From the NCBI GenBank assembly GCA_051294905.1, contig CM119371.1, positions 11,410,001 to 11,474,000 of the forward strand: DNA of 64,000 bases. Direction: 5' to 3'. The notes below the pieces were generated by a model that made no database searches, was not told the DNA's origin, and saw nothing but the letters and a program-made list of their open reading frames with translations. The translations under genes and the position numbers were made by a program. Each line of letters begins with the position of its first letter. Within the stretch, counting starts at the first letter, position 1. Below, one piece after another: positions 14,401 to 25,027 of the stretch. The DNA is from Botryllus schlosseri (taxonomy: Eukaryota).

Positions 14401-17400
14401 CTCGTCGACTCGTACAACGTATCACCGCTACCAATTTCAACTATTCGTCTCATTATTGAATATATTGTTTTCAACAATTTCAATACATTACACACCATCA
14501 AGCAACAAAACTGGAGTGGAATAAAATGAGACACACACCAAGTCGATTGTGGCATCAAGTGTGACTGCATTTCAGATTGGACTCATTTTGAAACACAGAA
14601 TTGTTTCATCTAGATCAGTGGTTCCCAACCTTTTTGACCTATCGCCCCCTTTTCAAGGTCAATACCAATCATCGCCCCCCAAATTTTGTGTACCGAAAAT
14701 TGGGCATACAAACCTGTAATCACCGGCGGGTTGACTAAAAAAAGGGTCAAATTTTCGGCTCGATGTCTAATTTGACACACTTTTGTAACTAAATTTCCGT
14801 GGGTTGACTAAAAAAAAATAAAAAAAATAAAATGTCAGCCGTTTTGACGCGTCATCGCCCCCCCGAATCGCCCCCTTCGCTATTTTCGCCCCCTTTGTCC
14901 ATTTTCGCCCCCTTCGTCATTTTCGCCCCCCTAGAACGCCAAATCGCCCATGTTGGGAACCACTGATCTAGATTCTAGATTATGTCACGATTCAATATTT
15001 TTGGTACAATAATAGATGTCATTTTCTTAATAAAATGAGAATTCAGATGACTACAAGGAAGTCCACATGCCTTTATCCAGATTTTACATTCTTCCATGCA
15101 TGTCATTGGCTCTGGGAAAGGTAAAAGCGCACACCAGGAACGGTCTGGGTAGCCATCTCCATGTTACGCAGGCTATTAGCACAGTATTTATCCTGATAGA
15201 TACAATACACGAGCTAGAACAAAAAATGACGATTTCAGCCGGGAACAGATCATGTTGCCTAACATATATCATATTAATATGATCATTGAATATGCAGACA
15301 AGTGTCCAGTGTAACAGTAATTTGCTAGATAATGATACAGACTGTAGACTACTATATACAAATGTCGATTCCATAAATAGAACGCATATAACGCCACATA
15401 ATGGATACCACACATATCCTGACTCAATATTCCTCTAATACATTCTATTCGCTACGACAATCCTATAGTATACGACTAAGGATAATACAGCAATAGTTGC
15501 TTCATCCGAAAAGTTGTCAGAAATTCATTCATTTGGACATACCATGCTGATGCGTGCTTGCCATCCTTCATGCTTATTGTAGGTTATAACACTGCATATA
15601 CATACTAGCTCTACGTTATTACCATTCACCAAAGCCAGCTATTCCCAATTCAATGTAATTTTGCTAAAAACCTATATTTTTCAACCCTTTTCCATAAGAG
15701 CTCATAGTAAGCTTGCCCGGGCTTGTTCTTTGTTTACATCCTACTGCAACCTGATTGGTTCGTGTCAAAGGTCACGTAAGTGTCTATTGACGAAGCATAT
15801 GCTTGGTAATCATCATAGCAGTCTGTTTTTTCAGCCAAGTTGCACTGACGTGCGAGCTCCGTGCGATTATTTGCGCATGTTTTGACCGAATCAATTTTGG
15901 GATATGCTGCTTAATACGCTCAAACAATCTTTGAGATGTACGTCCTACATACCTACTATCACAGTGGCACTTGTATTGGTAAACAACATTACTTGCATCA
16001 AAGGCAGGAAGTACATCTTTACGAGAGTTTGGTAACAAGGGTTTCGTCGTGTACACTACAAGCGTGTTAACGTATGTGTGTCCGTATACTTCATAGTTTG
16101 TTATTGTTGCCATTGGAACAATGCGAATTTCATGGTCTGTGATTTTGATTGTTGCGTCATACTTTGCCTTTTCGGTTTTGCTTTTAAATCTGTTTAAATC
16201 CCTTTAGTGTGCCGATAACTCTTGAAAAGAGTCACCCGAAAAGTCTTCGAGTTTAATAAATATACTGCTACAATGGATGTTGTATTGAGAGCTATATTCA
16301 AGTTCTGTACCACAAACCAGCTATTGAAGTGATGACAGCTCACGTTTATGTACTAGCAGTAGAATAATCTCATAGCAACGCATCTCTGTTTCTTAGACGG
16401 CTCAGTGCTTACATCGTGCAATGCTCATCTTAAACAACCCTCCTACATGATTTGAATCGAACAAATATAGTTTATGCTTTTATATTATCAATGATGTGTT
16501 GATGGGTAGTGTATTATACCATATCAATTTGTTTCAACTTTTCGACGCTTCGTATTCGATCCTGTATTTTAGCTCACGTATTTTATTAGCAGCCAGCTCT
16601 ACGTCTGCGTGAGCGATACAACGCCTTTTTTGACTTTCTACTCGTTTTCTTATTCAAGATATATGACCAATCAATCTGTCTTTATCTAGCAAAATGTAAT
16701 GGCTTTGAATCCTCACTCATACTTCATAAAATGTTCAATGACTCGAGATAACTCGTGACTCGAAGTTAGTGACTTGATCCCATCACTGTGTCGAAATATT
16801 AATGCCTGAGAATTGACACCGAAAGTGGCAAGGCCGAGGTGCACCTACACACGATCTGAACATAGGCATAACATGCCTTCGTTGCATAAATAGATACATG
16901 CATGTATAGCTGAATACATTGTTGATGTGTCGCTTTTTAAATACCAATTAACCTATTTTCACGCGATTCCTCGGGGTAAAATCCCATATGCGATTTGCCA
17001 TAGTAGAAGCCATTGTGCGATTCGGGATAGTAAAGGCCCGTATGCGATTTGCCATAGTAGAAAACCATCTACATTTCCCCCACAAGCAATAGGGTGGTTC
17101 TTCGTTAATAATTTCTCGACCACAAGCCCAATCGAGATGCTGTTGCAGGCCTGTGCAAAGTGCGGCCCGCGGAGCGATTCTATGCCGCCCATCAAAGGTT
17201 GCTTGAAATTTAAAATATAAAACCTACTTTTTAACGTTGCTGCGTGGACTAAAACCATAGGAAGTATAAACTGAACCGGAAATTCGTTTACTATTAAGCC
17301 TGTTCATTAACATACCGTGATTACGCAGCCTATACGTAGCTCACCTAATCCAGATTCAAAGTAAAGTCAATGTACCAAATTATACCATTAGAATTAAAGC

Positions 17401-20400
17401 CACAATAAGTCACCAAACCTTCTTTGTTGCCATTGTCACATTACGCATTACAAGTTCTGTGTTTCAAATTGTTACATGATGTGTTTCCAAATCCATAATT
17501 CGTAAAACAAGTGAATCAGTGCTCATCATTTCTATGAATATATCACCACCCACAAATGATGTCAAAAAAGAAAGTCGGAAGTTGAAATTAAAAGATGGTT
17601 AATAACTGCAACCTTGGCTAAACGACGAGGCTATTTCGGCAAGCTGAACAGTGCACACGTCTCGGAAACCAGCTACCAAGACAATAAGCTATATATTATC
17701 CTCAGGACCGTAACTCACGCACCCCAAACCCTCCAATTAGATGGCGAGCTCGACGGGCGCCAAAAATTATTTCATGAATGATCATAAATTATTGGATATT
17801 TTTTTTGAAAATTTATGCAACTTCATTCAATTTTTTCTGGCGCTAGGCGCGATTTAGAGGTAAATTGTTTTTAGAATTGGACATTTCGGCGTTAGAAGGC
17901 ACTGTAATTGCAACTGCTGATCAAATTAACTAAGTAAAGGGAAAAAACGCTCGACAGCGAGAAAACCTTGGCCGAAAAGGACTGCCCTTACGTTGACCGA
18001 AAACCACGAAGTCCAATTGTCCATAGGCAATATTTGCCGGTGAAGAAATACCAATCGGGAATCGGGTGCTTTTTTTAGATTGGTACTCTTTTGTGATTTC
18101 AATATCTTTTCTCGTAGCAGACGGGAGGTCACGAAATAACAACATGTAACAAAGTAATTATACCAACGGGACCTCGCGAATATTTCCAAGACAGTACCTC
18201 ACTCAGCTCCAGCGGTAAAACTAAGTAGGCCACTACGTGGGTTGAGAGAGGTTAAAAAATATTGCAATATATATGCAATGACCAATATTATTAATCAATT
18301 GAATCATGAAACATGATAAAAATTCTGCGCTTCTCGCGATTAGGGCATTACCCTTGCCAATTAGTGTACTGTATACAAGACATCACGTGCATCGTGCATC
18401 TTGATGGGGGCTGATCTTGGGGTGAAGCCCCCAGGAGCTTGGTTTAGAACTCTATGGAGGGGGCAAGACCAACGTTTGGGGGGATGACGACGGGTTGTTT
18501 CCGCCATTCCAAATACATTTTAATGTATTGATAGAAAAACGCGGATAGGGGTTTAAAGAGACTTTAAAATGTATCATGTTTAACATAGTTTCAAAATATT
18601 ACGGCAAACAAATATTTTTTTGGGTAATTAATAGGGCCATTTTTATATAACCTTAAAAAATCCATAATATGACTTTATTTTTCGGAAAATATGACTTTAT
18701 ATGACTTTATGTGAAAATCGTGTATTTTTACATGCGAACAACGTCACTCACGGAACTAAGGAGTAAAGCAATCGCAACATAACACATCCATTTTTATTTG
18801 CAGCCATTGTCGTAGTATAGTTTCATGTAATGCGGAATGTTAGAGTCTTTGAAGTTACGATTTGGACGTAAAATGACTTTAGTAAGGAAAATGAGCGCTC
18901 CACAGACGCTGATGTGGGTTGACACCTCTGTAGTTTTGCATAAAGCGATGGTGAAATGTTTCGTCTTTGTAGCTCCATAATTTTTTTCACATCGTTTTTG
19001 TCCATTTGCTTCTTATGTAATTTTTGAGCTCAAGCGGATCTTTTCCGAAATCAAGGGCATTTAGATCAGCATGGGCGTGTACGTAGAGTCGTAAGCTATA
19101 CCTTTCCATTACAACATCACATCAGGTTGACGGTGTACGAGAGAGAGAGAGAGAGATATGCACCATCGAGATGCTATGGCGACGGAGTTGCGATACGGCC
19201 CCATGAGGTCATCTAGTCTGCGCCCCCGTTTTTTTTTCTCCTCCATGCTATCCGTGATTGCTGAGCGCCTAGCAGGATAGCTGCGGATACCATTTTTCGA
19301 GTCTTTGGTATGACCCGACCGGGGATCGAACCCACGACCTACCGCTCGATAAGCCGGACACTATCTCGCTCGTAGGCTATAATTTTCCATTTTCAGTATT
19401 AAGTTTGAAATATTGTTATATTGGAGGCAAATTGACTGAATAGTCAACTTTGGATAGTTGACTGAATTTTTGATGCTCTTTACAATAACTTCACCTTCCT
19501 ACGTCTCGGCATAATATTGAGCAGCATTCGACCAGCTACCCCAACGAGTAACTGCCTTAGTTTCTTAGTGCTTGATTGCTTCACCCCTTAAATTGTTACT
19601 TTTTATTTAAACTATACTAAAAATATGACTTTATAACTTTTTATGACCTAACCAGCAAAATATGACTTTATATGACTTTATAACTTTCTTAATATACCCC
19701 ATAGGGATGCGGTTTTCGCGTTAAAATTGATTTCACGACTTACTGATGCATAGAAAAAAATATGACTTTATTGACTTTAAATGGCCCTAGTAATTAACCG
19801 TCACTTTGTCATTCCCCAATATCAACACATCCACTGAGCACAAATTCGTGTAAATCACTGCTCCCAATTGAGAAATAAAATCAATACGCTTGATATTCTA
19901 GAATTTCTGACTTGGCCCGCCAACATATTTCTGCTTCTCATTTGGCCGCGGAGAAAAATAATTGCTCACCCCTGTGCTATTGATACCGTCGCGCTCGTCT
20001 TAACGCGCCGCTTACGCCGATTTACGATACGACCCGATACGATTAGATGTGGTGTCGGTGTCGGCGTTCAAAAAAACGCGAAATTTCGACCTATTTTCAA
20101 TGGTTGCCAGACTCAGTGCACATTTCGAAAACGCTATTCTCAGAGTTCTGCAACGCTTCCTTACGGAGATATGAGTAACCGGGGTATAGAATCCGTTTCA
20201 CTGGTCCCTGTATCACCGTTCGGGTACCGTCATATGCGGCTTGAAGAGACGCGTCTGGTAAAATCGGATTTATCTGGATCCGGCAAGCGTATCGCAATAT
20301 CTCAACTGGAGCATGAGTGCGTGGGCATTGCATGGTTCTTATATCAAGAAGCGCATGGTGAACAATTGTGATGTAGACACCATTGCCAGAATGAAGCAAC

Positions 20401-22794
20401 ACTGTTTGTCACCAGCAGCGTGGGCCTACACACAACTTCAATGTTGTCAGCTAACAACTGCTACTACAGGCTACTTAGTAGGGACAGACACTTTCTACTA
20501 GAGAACGTAGGAAAGTATCTTTAGTTGTAGTGCAATTCTTTTTTATTTCACCCATAATGCGTAATGTAACTACTGGAATTCTTCATTGTGCCAGATTTCG
20601 GTAAAATGAAGTTTTTCCATGTAAAAATTTGTCAGTTTTTGAGGCAAAAAAGGTGTTTTTTTCAGGTTAAACTACTTTGTAAGGACAGACACTTTCAACT
20701 AGAAATCAAGATATGTAGTACGATTCTAACATTATGTGGGTAAACACCTAATTTGCATACGTTAGATCAAATTTGGACGAAACTAAGATTTTTAGGGTCA
20801 AACAATGTCAAGATTTTGATTTTTTAGGTCAAAATCTTTCGTTTTTTAGATAAGAAAAAACGCCGTAGTGATAGCTCTTCAGTTTTCATACATTCCAGCA
20901 CTTAATGTAGGCCCTACAAGTTTGAGGGGAATTATACGCTGAGTAGTATCAGTAATAGAATGTTGCAATTTTACACTTGACTATGAGCCGTCAGCACTTT
21001 ACTATCAGTGAAATCGTGTCGAAATTTACTCATCACAGAGACGATCTATAAAGGTCTATGACCAGCAGAAGGCAAGATATATCCTTGTCTCACAGGTATT
21101 CATCCATCTGTTGACTCTAGTCTGCAAGAATTCTCTTTCCCTGTTTTTAGAAGCGACCTTTGGCGGCTATTTTAGCATTCATATACAGAAATTGACTATA
21201 ACTATTCATGGAAACAAACAACAACTGTCTAATATATTTTTGTGCTATATTCGGAGGTCAATCAGAGCCGCTAAAAGTCTAGCTTGGAGCCACATGCGGC
21301 TCTGACAGCCGCGGTTGGGAATCACTGGTTTAGCTCATTCAGCCACATCAACATCTTTTAAGTCCAAAAAATTGTACTGACCTTTCTTGAGAATTTGAGC
21401 GATCATATTTGTTCTCACGCTCTCATTTTTCAGAATACCAGCCGTGAAATTGCGAACAACGGCCCAGTAGGGTTTGCAGAATTCACAATCCACAATTCGC
21501 TTGAAATCATCCAGTCTCATTTCCACCACGAAAAATGCCGCTAACACTTCTTGAAGAGTTTGATGACTGAAAAAATATCTATACATTCCAGCAAGTATTT
21601 TCTGGCCAAGAATCATCAGTCCCGGAATTTTGATGATAATATCACTGATATCGCTGTATTTAAGGCTATAGTTGGATAGATCTTCATTGGTGAATGTGAC
21701 CTTCTGGTTCATGGTACCGTTGAATGCCATTACCTTCAACTTGTTGATGACATCGAATACTTCAATGGCGTCGTTGAGGTTTCTTGTATTCTCACATTCC
21801 AATAAAATTTGTATTATGGCAACCATCACCCCGGAAGCGCAATTAGGGGGGCTCGATGAAGCCTGTTTTCTTGTTATCATGTAAAATACCAGAAACAATG
21901 GTGTCAGACACATGTAGTGCATAGCTGGGTTGGATAACTTCATTTCATGCCAATCCTCTTTTGAATGACGTCCCATCAATTCGCAATACATTTTCTCTGC
22001 TTCATCTTCACTGAATCCTACCAAGGCCGCTATAAACTTAGGTCGCATCTCTTTAGTCAGGCCGGCTACTGAATGTTCTCTAGATGATATGATGATAGGA
22101 ACGTTAGGTAGCAGATTCCCTGCCAGAATGTTACCAAATATCGTAGGCGTGTTTGAAACTTCCCATGGCTCAATTTTTCTGTCGCATATTGGATCCCATG
22201 TGGCTTGATCCAATCCATCGAAGAACATAATAATTTTGATTGCCCCGTCAATTATAGCCTTCAAACCATATGCTAGTTCATGTACTGACAACTTAGTTAC
22301 GATCGGACTGAATATAACATTAGCTAATGTAATACTCTCCTGGTTTGGAATATCTCTGATATTCATGTGCATTACGACATGATATTGTGTAAATGTAGTT
22401 TCATTTCGGAACACTTTAACAAATTTCTTCCATGTAGAACGTTTTTGACTTTGAAGGTTATTTGCAATGATCAACTCCTTTGCTAATCTTTTCATCATGA
22501 CGGTCTTGCCACTTCCCGGTTGTCCTATAATAGCGGACGGACCCGCGCGATTTTCTTGGATGCGCTGTAGACAAGCTTTGTAATCTATAAAACTTCCACT
22601 TTTCGGTTTGCAGTGAGCGCTGAATCCTTCTTGTGGCAAATATTCGCCTTTGTATAATTCGAATCCTGTTTTCAATTGGGGATAAAATTCCACGTCTGGT
22701 TCTGATAAAGCTTCATACGATTCCAAAACTTGACCCTGCACATTATTCCACGAGAGATGCTTGATTTTCTCCGTAAATGCAGCGAGATATTTGC
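1156..22794 (-). CDS. Spliced NLR-like (NACHT + LRR + tandem ~90-aa modules) gene, incomplete model: 22794-21382, 9399-9092, 8555-8439, 8364-8224, 6429-6307, 6247-6089, 2425-2306, 2244-2095, 1955-1836, 1774-1625, 1485-1366, 1305-1156
   Basis: All listed exons are open and bounded by AG/GT. Phases chain without conflict (1-1, 1-0, then all 0-0). Downstream exons fall into two alternating homologous classes. Confidence 0.8.
2852..3349. mobile_element. hAT-type MITE
   Basis: TIR caatgttccttctaa/ttagagggaacattg; TSD gtcaataa; a second left end lies internally at 3173. Confidence 0.85.
3820..4095 (+). mobile_element. tRNA-derived SINE
   Basis: A-box-like tagcgcagtgg, B-box ggttcaagtcc, (CAAA)-rich tail, flanking aacatcc(c)aag duplication. 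Confidence 0.65.
4538..5819. mobile_element. hAT-type non-autonomous element with AAGTAG subterminal repeats
   Basis: TIR cagaggtggtc/gaccacctctg; right-end copy at ~31020-31308. Confidence 0.8.
6089..6429 (-). CDS. Repeat module 2: exon A 6429-6307 (41 aa) + exon B 6247-6089 (53 aa)
   Basis: ttag|IEELWIRSDEVSFDKELWESTFQRI..EVEE|gtattg and ttcag|TKIIHLESWADVADTVKIANVEEL..CGT|gtatat; clearly homologous to modules 3-5. Confidence 0.8.
6656..8211. mobile_element. hAT-type non-autonomous element with (TAATTG)n subterminal arrays, inserted 12 nt into an NLR intron
   Basis: TIR cagagttggatcaatt; perfect TSD gtcaatac; internal inverted repeat ~7010-7210 / 7380-7560. Confidence 0.92.
8224..8555 (-). 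CDS. Repeat module 1: exon A 8555-8439 (39 aa) + exon B 8364-8224 (47 aa)
   Basis: IDRFDMRKNTSWSNMHSWQEVFKN..LPRIER|gtaaag and tttag|KFEDVVFDLLKATEE..LSLTR|gtatgt; both phase 0. Confidence 0.7.
8600..8975 (-). pseudogene. Decayed A/B module (pseudo-exons) within the NLR repeat array
   Basis: ttgcag| is followed by 41 codons resembling the A exons (TIRILIIGYDRNIYGTNIWKQ..), with TAG at codon 36 and AAG|atattc where gt is expected. A frameshifted B-like stretch follows (LAIWQLNGVYTLEYYISDV..). Confidence 0.45.
9092..9399 (-). CDS. HD2/first leucine-rich repeat exon of the NLR-like gene
   Basis: Acceptor aaacag|AT joins the NACHT donor in phase 1 (..KK-D-DLPLKAEYLMEN..). LRR-like LDFSNYPLT and LSFNNCNID motifs. 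Donor AAG|gtaaac. Confidence 0.85.
11432..12784. mobile_element. hAT-type MITE (GACTT/GACTC-repeat family)
   Basis: TIR cagtgttgggat; perfect TSD ctatgcac. Confidence 0.92.
12026..12399. mobile_element. hAT-type MITE nested in 11432-12784
   Basis: cagagttgtca / tgacacccctg ends; perfect TSD atgtagct. Confidence 0.85.
14616..14965. mobile_element. Charlie-like hAT MITE
   Basis: TIR cagtggttcccaac; TSD atctagat (NTCTAGAN type); TCGCCCCC subterminal repeats. Confidence 0.92.
17702..18190. repeat. Dispersed repeat family, also at ~27600-28170 (inverted) and ~46500-47060
   Basis: Shared blocks such as accccaaaccc, aaggactgcc and aagaaataccaat occur in three copies. Confidence 0.7.
18632..19789 (-). 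mobile_element. Internally deleted hAT transposon
   Basis: TIR tagggccattt; TSD gtaattaa; remnants VTRWGSWSNAAQYY and QPTSASVERSFSLLK; ATGACTTT subterminal repeats. Confidence 0.88.
19139..19370 (-). mobile_element. tRNA-derived SINE
   Basis: B-box gggttcgatccc followed by ggtcgggtcataccaaagac..aaaaatggta core; (CT)n tail. Confidence 0.7.
20300..20860 (+). mobile_element. Fragment of the hAT family at 55206-56067
   Basis: Inverted similarity to 55300-55790, including the DRHFL..ENVGK remnant. Confidence 0.7.
21382..22794 (-). CDS. NACHT NTPase exon (NBD-HD1-WHD) of NLR-like protein
   Basis: Walker A GQPGSGKT, Walker B IIMFFDGLD, sensor-1 IIISSR, LVGFS, CLTPLF and winged-helix FSHQTLQEVLAA motifs. 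Acceptor tttag|GC at 22794, donor AAAG|gtcagt at 21382. Length 1413 nt, symmetric phase 1. Confidence 0.93.
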
Positions 22795-22995
22795 CTAAAC
22801 ATTAACATATTTTTGCGAATCACACAGATCGAAATAAAGTTTTAAGCATTGAGCTTGCGGTCAGGTCTTAAGGTGGGATTAAAAAAGGTTAGCCTAATGG
22901 CGGCGGAGGGGCGGGGCTAAGACAAGTGAGTCACTTGCCTAAGTCAGTTTGTAAAGGACGATTTGATCCCGTTATAAAAGTTGATATATGTCGCC

Positions 22996-25027
22996 TAGGT
23001 TTGTCCAAAATTTGGAAAATCTCAAATAGTCTCCGTGATTGTGTCTCATTCTATAGATTATTGATAAAAAAAAAACAATTAGCCCGAAAGAAGCTTACAG
23101 GAAAGCCGTTAAGATTTCGGACAAAGCGTTTGAAAGTAGCTGCTCAAGAATGGGCGTGCCACCGACCATAGAACGGCGAGAAGACTAGTAATCAAATAAC
23201 CACGGCTCTTGATTGGCTAATCGGCTATGCTTCAATGATCACGGCTGCAGCAGCTTGCTGGTTAGGTTTTCAAGTAGTCTGCTACCTTCGGGGATTCTGA
23301 GTCCGCATTGTTAGTAGTTTGCAGAGATGAGCGGATTTGGAATTTCTATGTCCTAATCCAATCAAAATCCGAAACTTCAAATCCTAATACAAAACCTAAT
23401 CCAGAACTTTTGTATATTCAACTCCATGTCCAATCCTAATCCGATTCCAATTATTAATTCAGAAAAAATGCTAATTTATGCAAGGAAATTCTCTTTCAAA
23501 ACCAACAGTCCTCTTGATTTAAGATAGCTTGGCATAGGGCTGTACCTCACATGCTCAATTGCTCATCGACACCGAGTATACCATAGTGTAGTGTTCCATA
23601 AGTACATTATTAACTGATATGACTAAAGTTTGTCGCCATTCGCCACACGTCATATCAATCTCCTAGAAAATCGGTAAATCCATCCTAATCCGTTCAGAAA
23701 AAAATCTCTAATCCTAATCCAATCCAAATCCGACATTATTTAACACAAATCCTGTTTTTACAAATCCTAATCCTAATCCATGCTCATATGTCGTAGTTTG
23801 GCAGGGGATGATTTAAGTTTAATTCAGGACATGTTGAGTTACGAAATACATGATGAACAAACAACACCTGCTTCACAAAAGCTTTTACAGCATGACTGAT
23901 GTATTGTGAAGGAAACGGCTGAAGGCTACATGTCGTGTTTTCATCGAGAAAAAGCAAAGGCGCTTCTGCAAGTGTTGAGCGAATTCTCCGTTTCAGTACG
24001 GATCCACCATCAGTGAATACAAATATATAAAGCTTAACAATGACACTATACTTTGTGTTATCTTATTGGGCTGAAGCTGTAGTATATAGGTGACGTTTTG
24101 AATGCTCTGTGGATCGGCGGAATCAGCCGGTTATGCTTGGCACTTATCAGATGCTTACAGCAAATTGAATGCACTTGTTGCGTTGTTAAAGTCCTTAATG
24201 ACAGCGCAGAAAAGAGGTGTAAAGAAAAGCACAGACTATGCTGCATATAGTATCCAGCACAGTTTGGATATCATATCCAGCATAGCCTGTGCTTACCTTA
24301 CACCTCTTTTCTGCAGCATCATTAAGGACTTTGACAACTCTTATAAGTGAATTCAATTTGCTGTAAGTATAACTGCCCAGCATAACCGGCCGATTCAGTC
24401 GATCCCTAGAACCTTCAAAACTTCAACTATATACTACAACTTGGGTCCAATAAGATCACATATAGTATAGTGTTATAGTCAAGCTTTATATTTGTATTCA
24501 CTGATGATGGATCCTTCTTAAACGGGGAATTCGTTCACCACTTGCATAAGCGCCTTGGCTTTTCCGTGATGAAAACACGGCATGTAGGCTACAGCTGCTT
24601 ACTTCACAATAAAGCAGTCATGCTGTAAAAGGTTTTGTGAGACACTGCTGTTTGTTCATCGTGTATTTCATACCTCAACATGTTCTGAATTACTCTTAAA
24701 TCATCATCTGCGAACCTACCAACAATGAGCTTGTAGAACCCCGGCCGGTAGCAGAATGCTTGGACACTTAATCAGCAAGCTGTTGCAGCCGTGATCATTG
24801 AAGCATAGTCGATTAGCCAATCAAGAGCCGTGGTTATGTGATTACTAGTCTTCTAGCCGTTCTATGGTCGGTGGCACGCCCATTCTACTTTCAAACGCTT
24901 TGCCCGAAATCTTAACGGCTTTCCTGTGAGCTTCTTTCGGGCTAATTGTTGTTTTTTATCAATAATCTATAGAATGAGAAACAATCACAGGGACTTTTTA
25001 AGATTTTCCAAATTTTGGACAACCCTA
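22996..25027. mobile_element. Fold-back (palindromic) non-autonomous DNA element
   Basis: Arms ~22996-23320 + 23800-24240 are reverse-complementary to ~24280-25027; flanks tgtcgcc/tttcgcc. Confidence 0.85.
23322..23792. mobile_element. hAT-type MITE with CCTAAT/AATCC repeats, nested in the fold-back arm
   Basis: TSD gtagtttg; degenerate TIR cagagatgagc. Confidence 0.75.

Larger units (their letters stand above)
10871..15785. mobile_element. ISL2EU/Harbinger-type DNA transposon, decayed
   Basis: Long TIRs agacacttacgtgacctttgacacgaaccaatcagg; AT TSD. Minus-strand DDE_Tnp_4-like remnants (KSHTTLKGL; ELFTGSI*D; EPGNAIMAEKGFTI..LNIP) at ~13480-14100. Plus-strand spliced SWIM-like CTC..CSH remnant at ~12840-13100. 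Confidence 0.85.
10400..16325 (-). mobile_element. 5'-truncated Penelope-like retroelement (GIY-YIG C-terminus) with inverted terminal repeat
   Basis: NVVYQYKCHCDSRYVGRT..RIKQH (15784-16113) and SIGQHL..LESTIIQLSKPILCRQK (10685-10876); inverted repeat ~10400-10620 / 16078-16295; 12-bp flanking duplication gaagtgatgaca. Confidence 0.85.
10084..16788. mobile_element. hAT-type non-autonomous element (GACTT/GACTC-repeat family), interrupted by a Penelope fragment
   Basis: TIR cagtgttggga / tcccatcactg; tgtcgaa duplicated at flanks; arms match the intact copy at 11432-12784. Confidence 0.85.
9710..16847. mobile_element. Element carrying a 16-bp minisatellite (ccgagaatggacacca, ~20 copies, 9728-10056), split by a 6.7-kb nest
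   Basis: Ends tagggtgccc / ggtgcaccta; degenerate repeat units resume after 16788. Confidence 0.6.
17146..19974. mobile_element. hAT-type element with nested insertions
   Basis: caggcctgtgcaa / ttgctcacccctg ends; TSD tgctgttg/tgctattg. Confidence 0.7.

Noticed and set aside
19868..20371. 167-aa ORF
   Set aside because: Spans junctions of several repeats; no recognisable domain.
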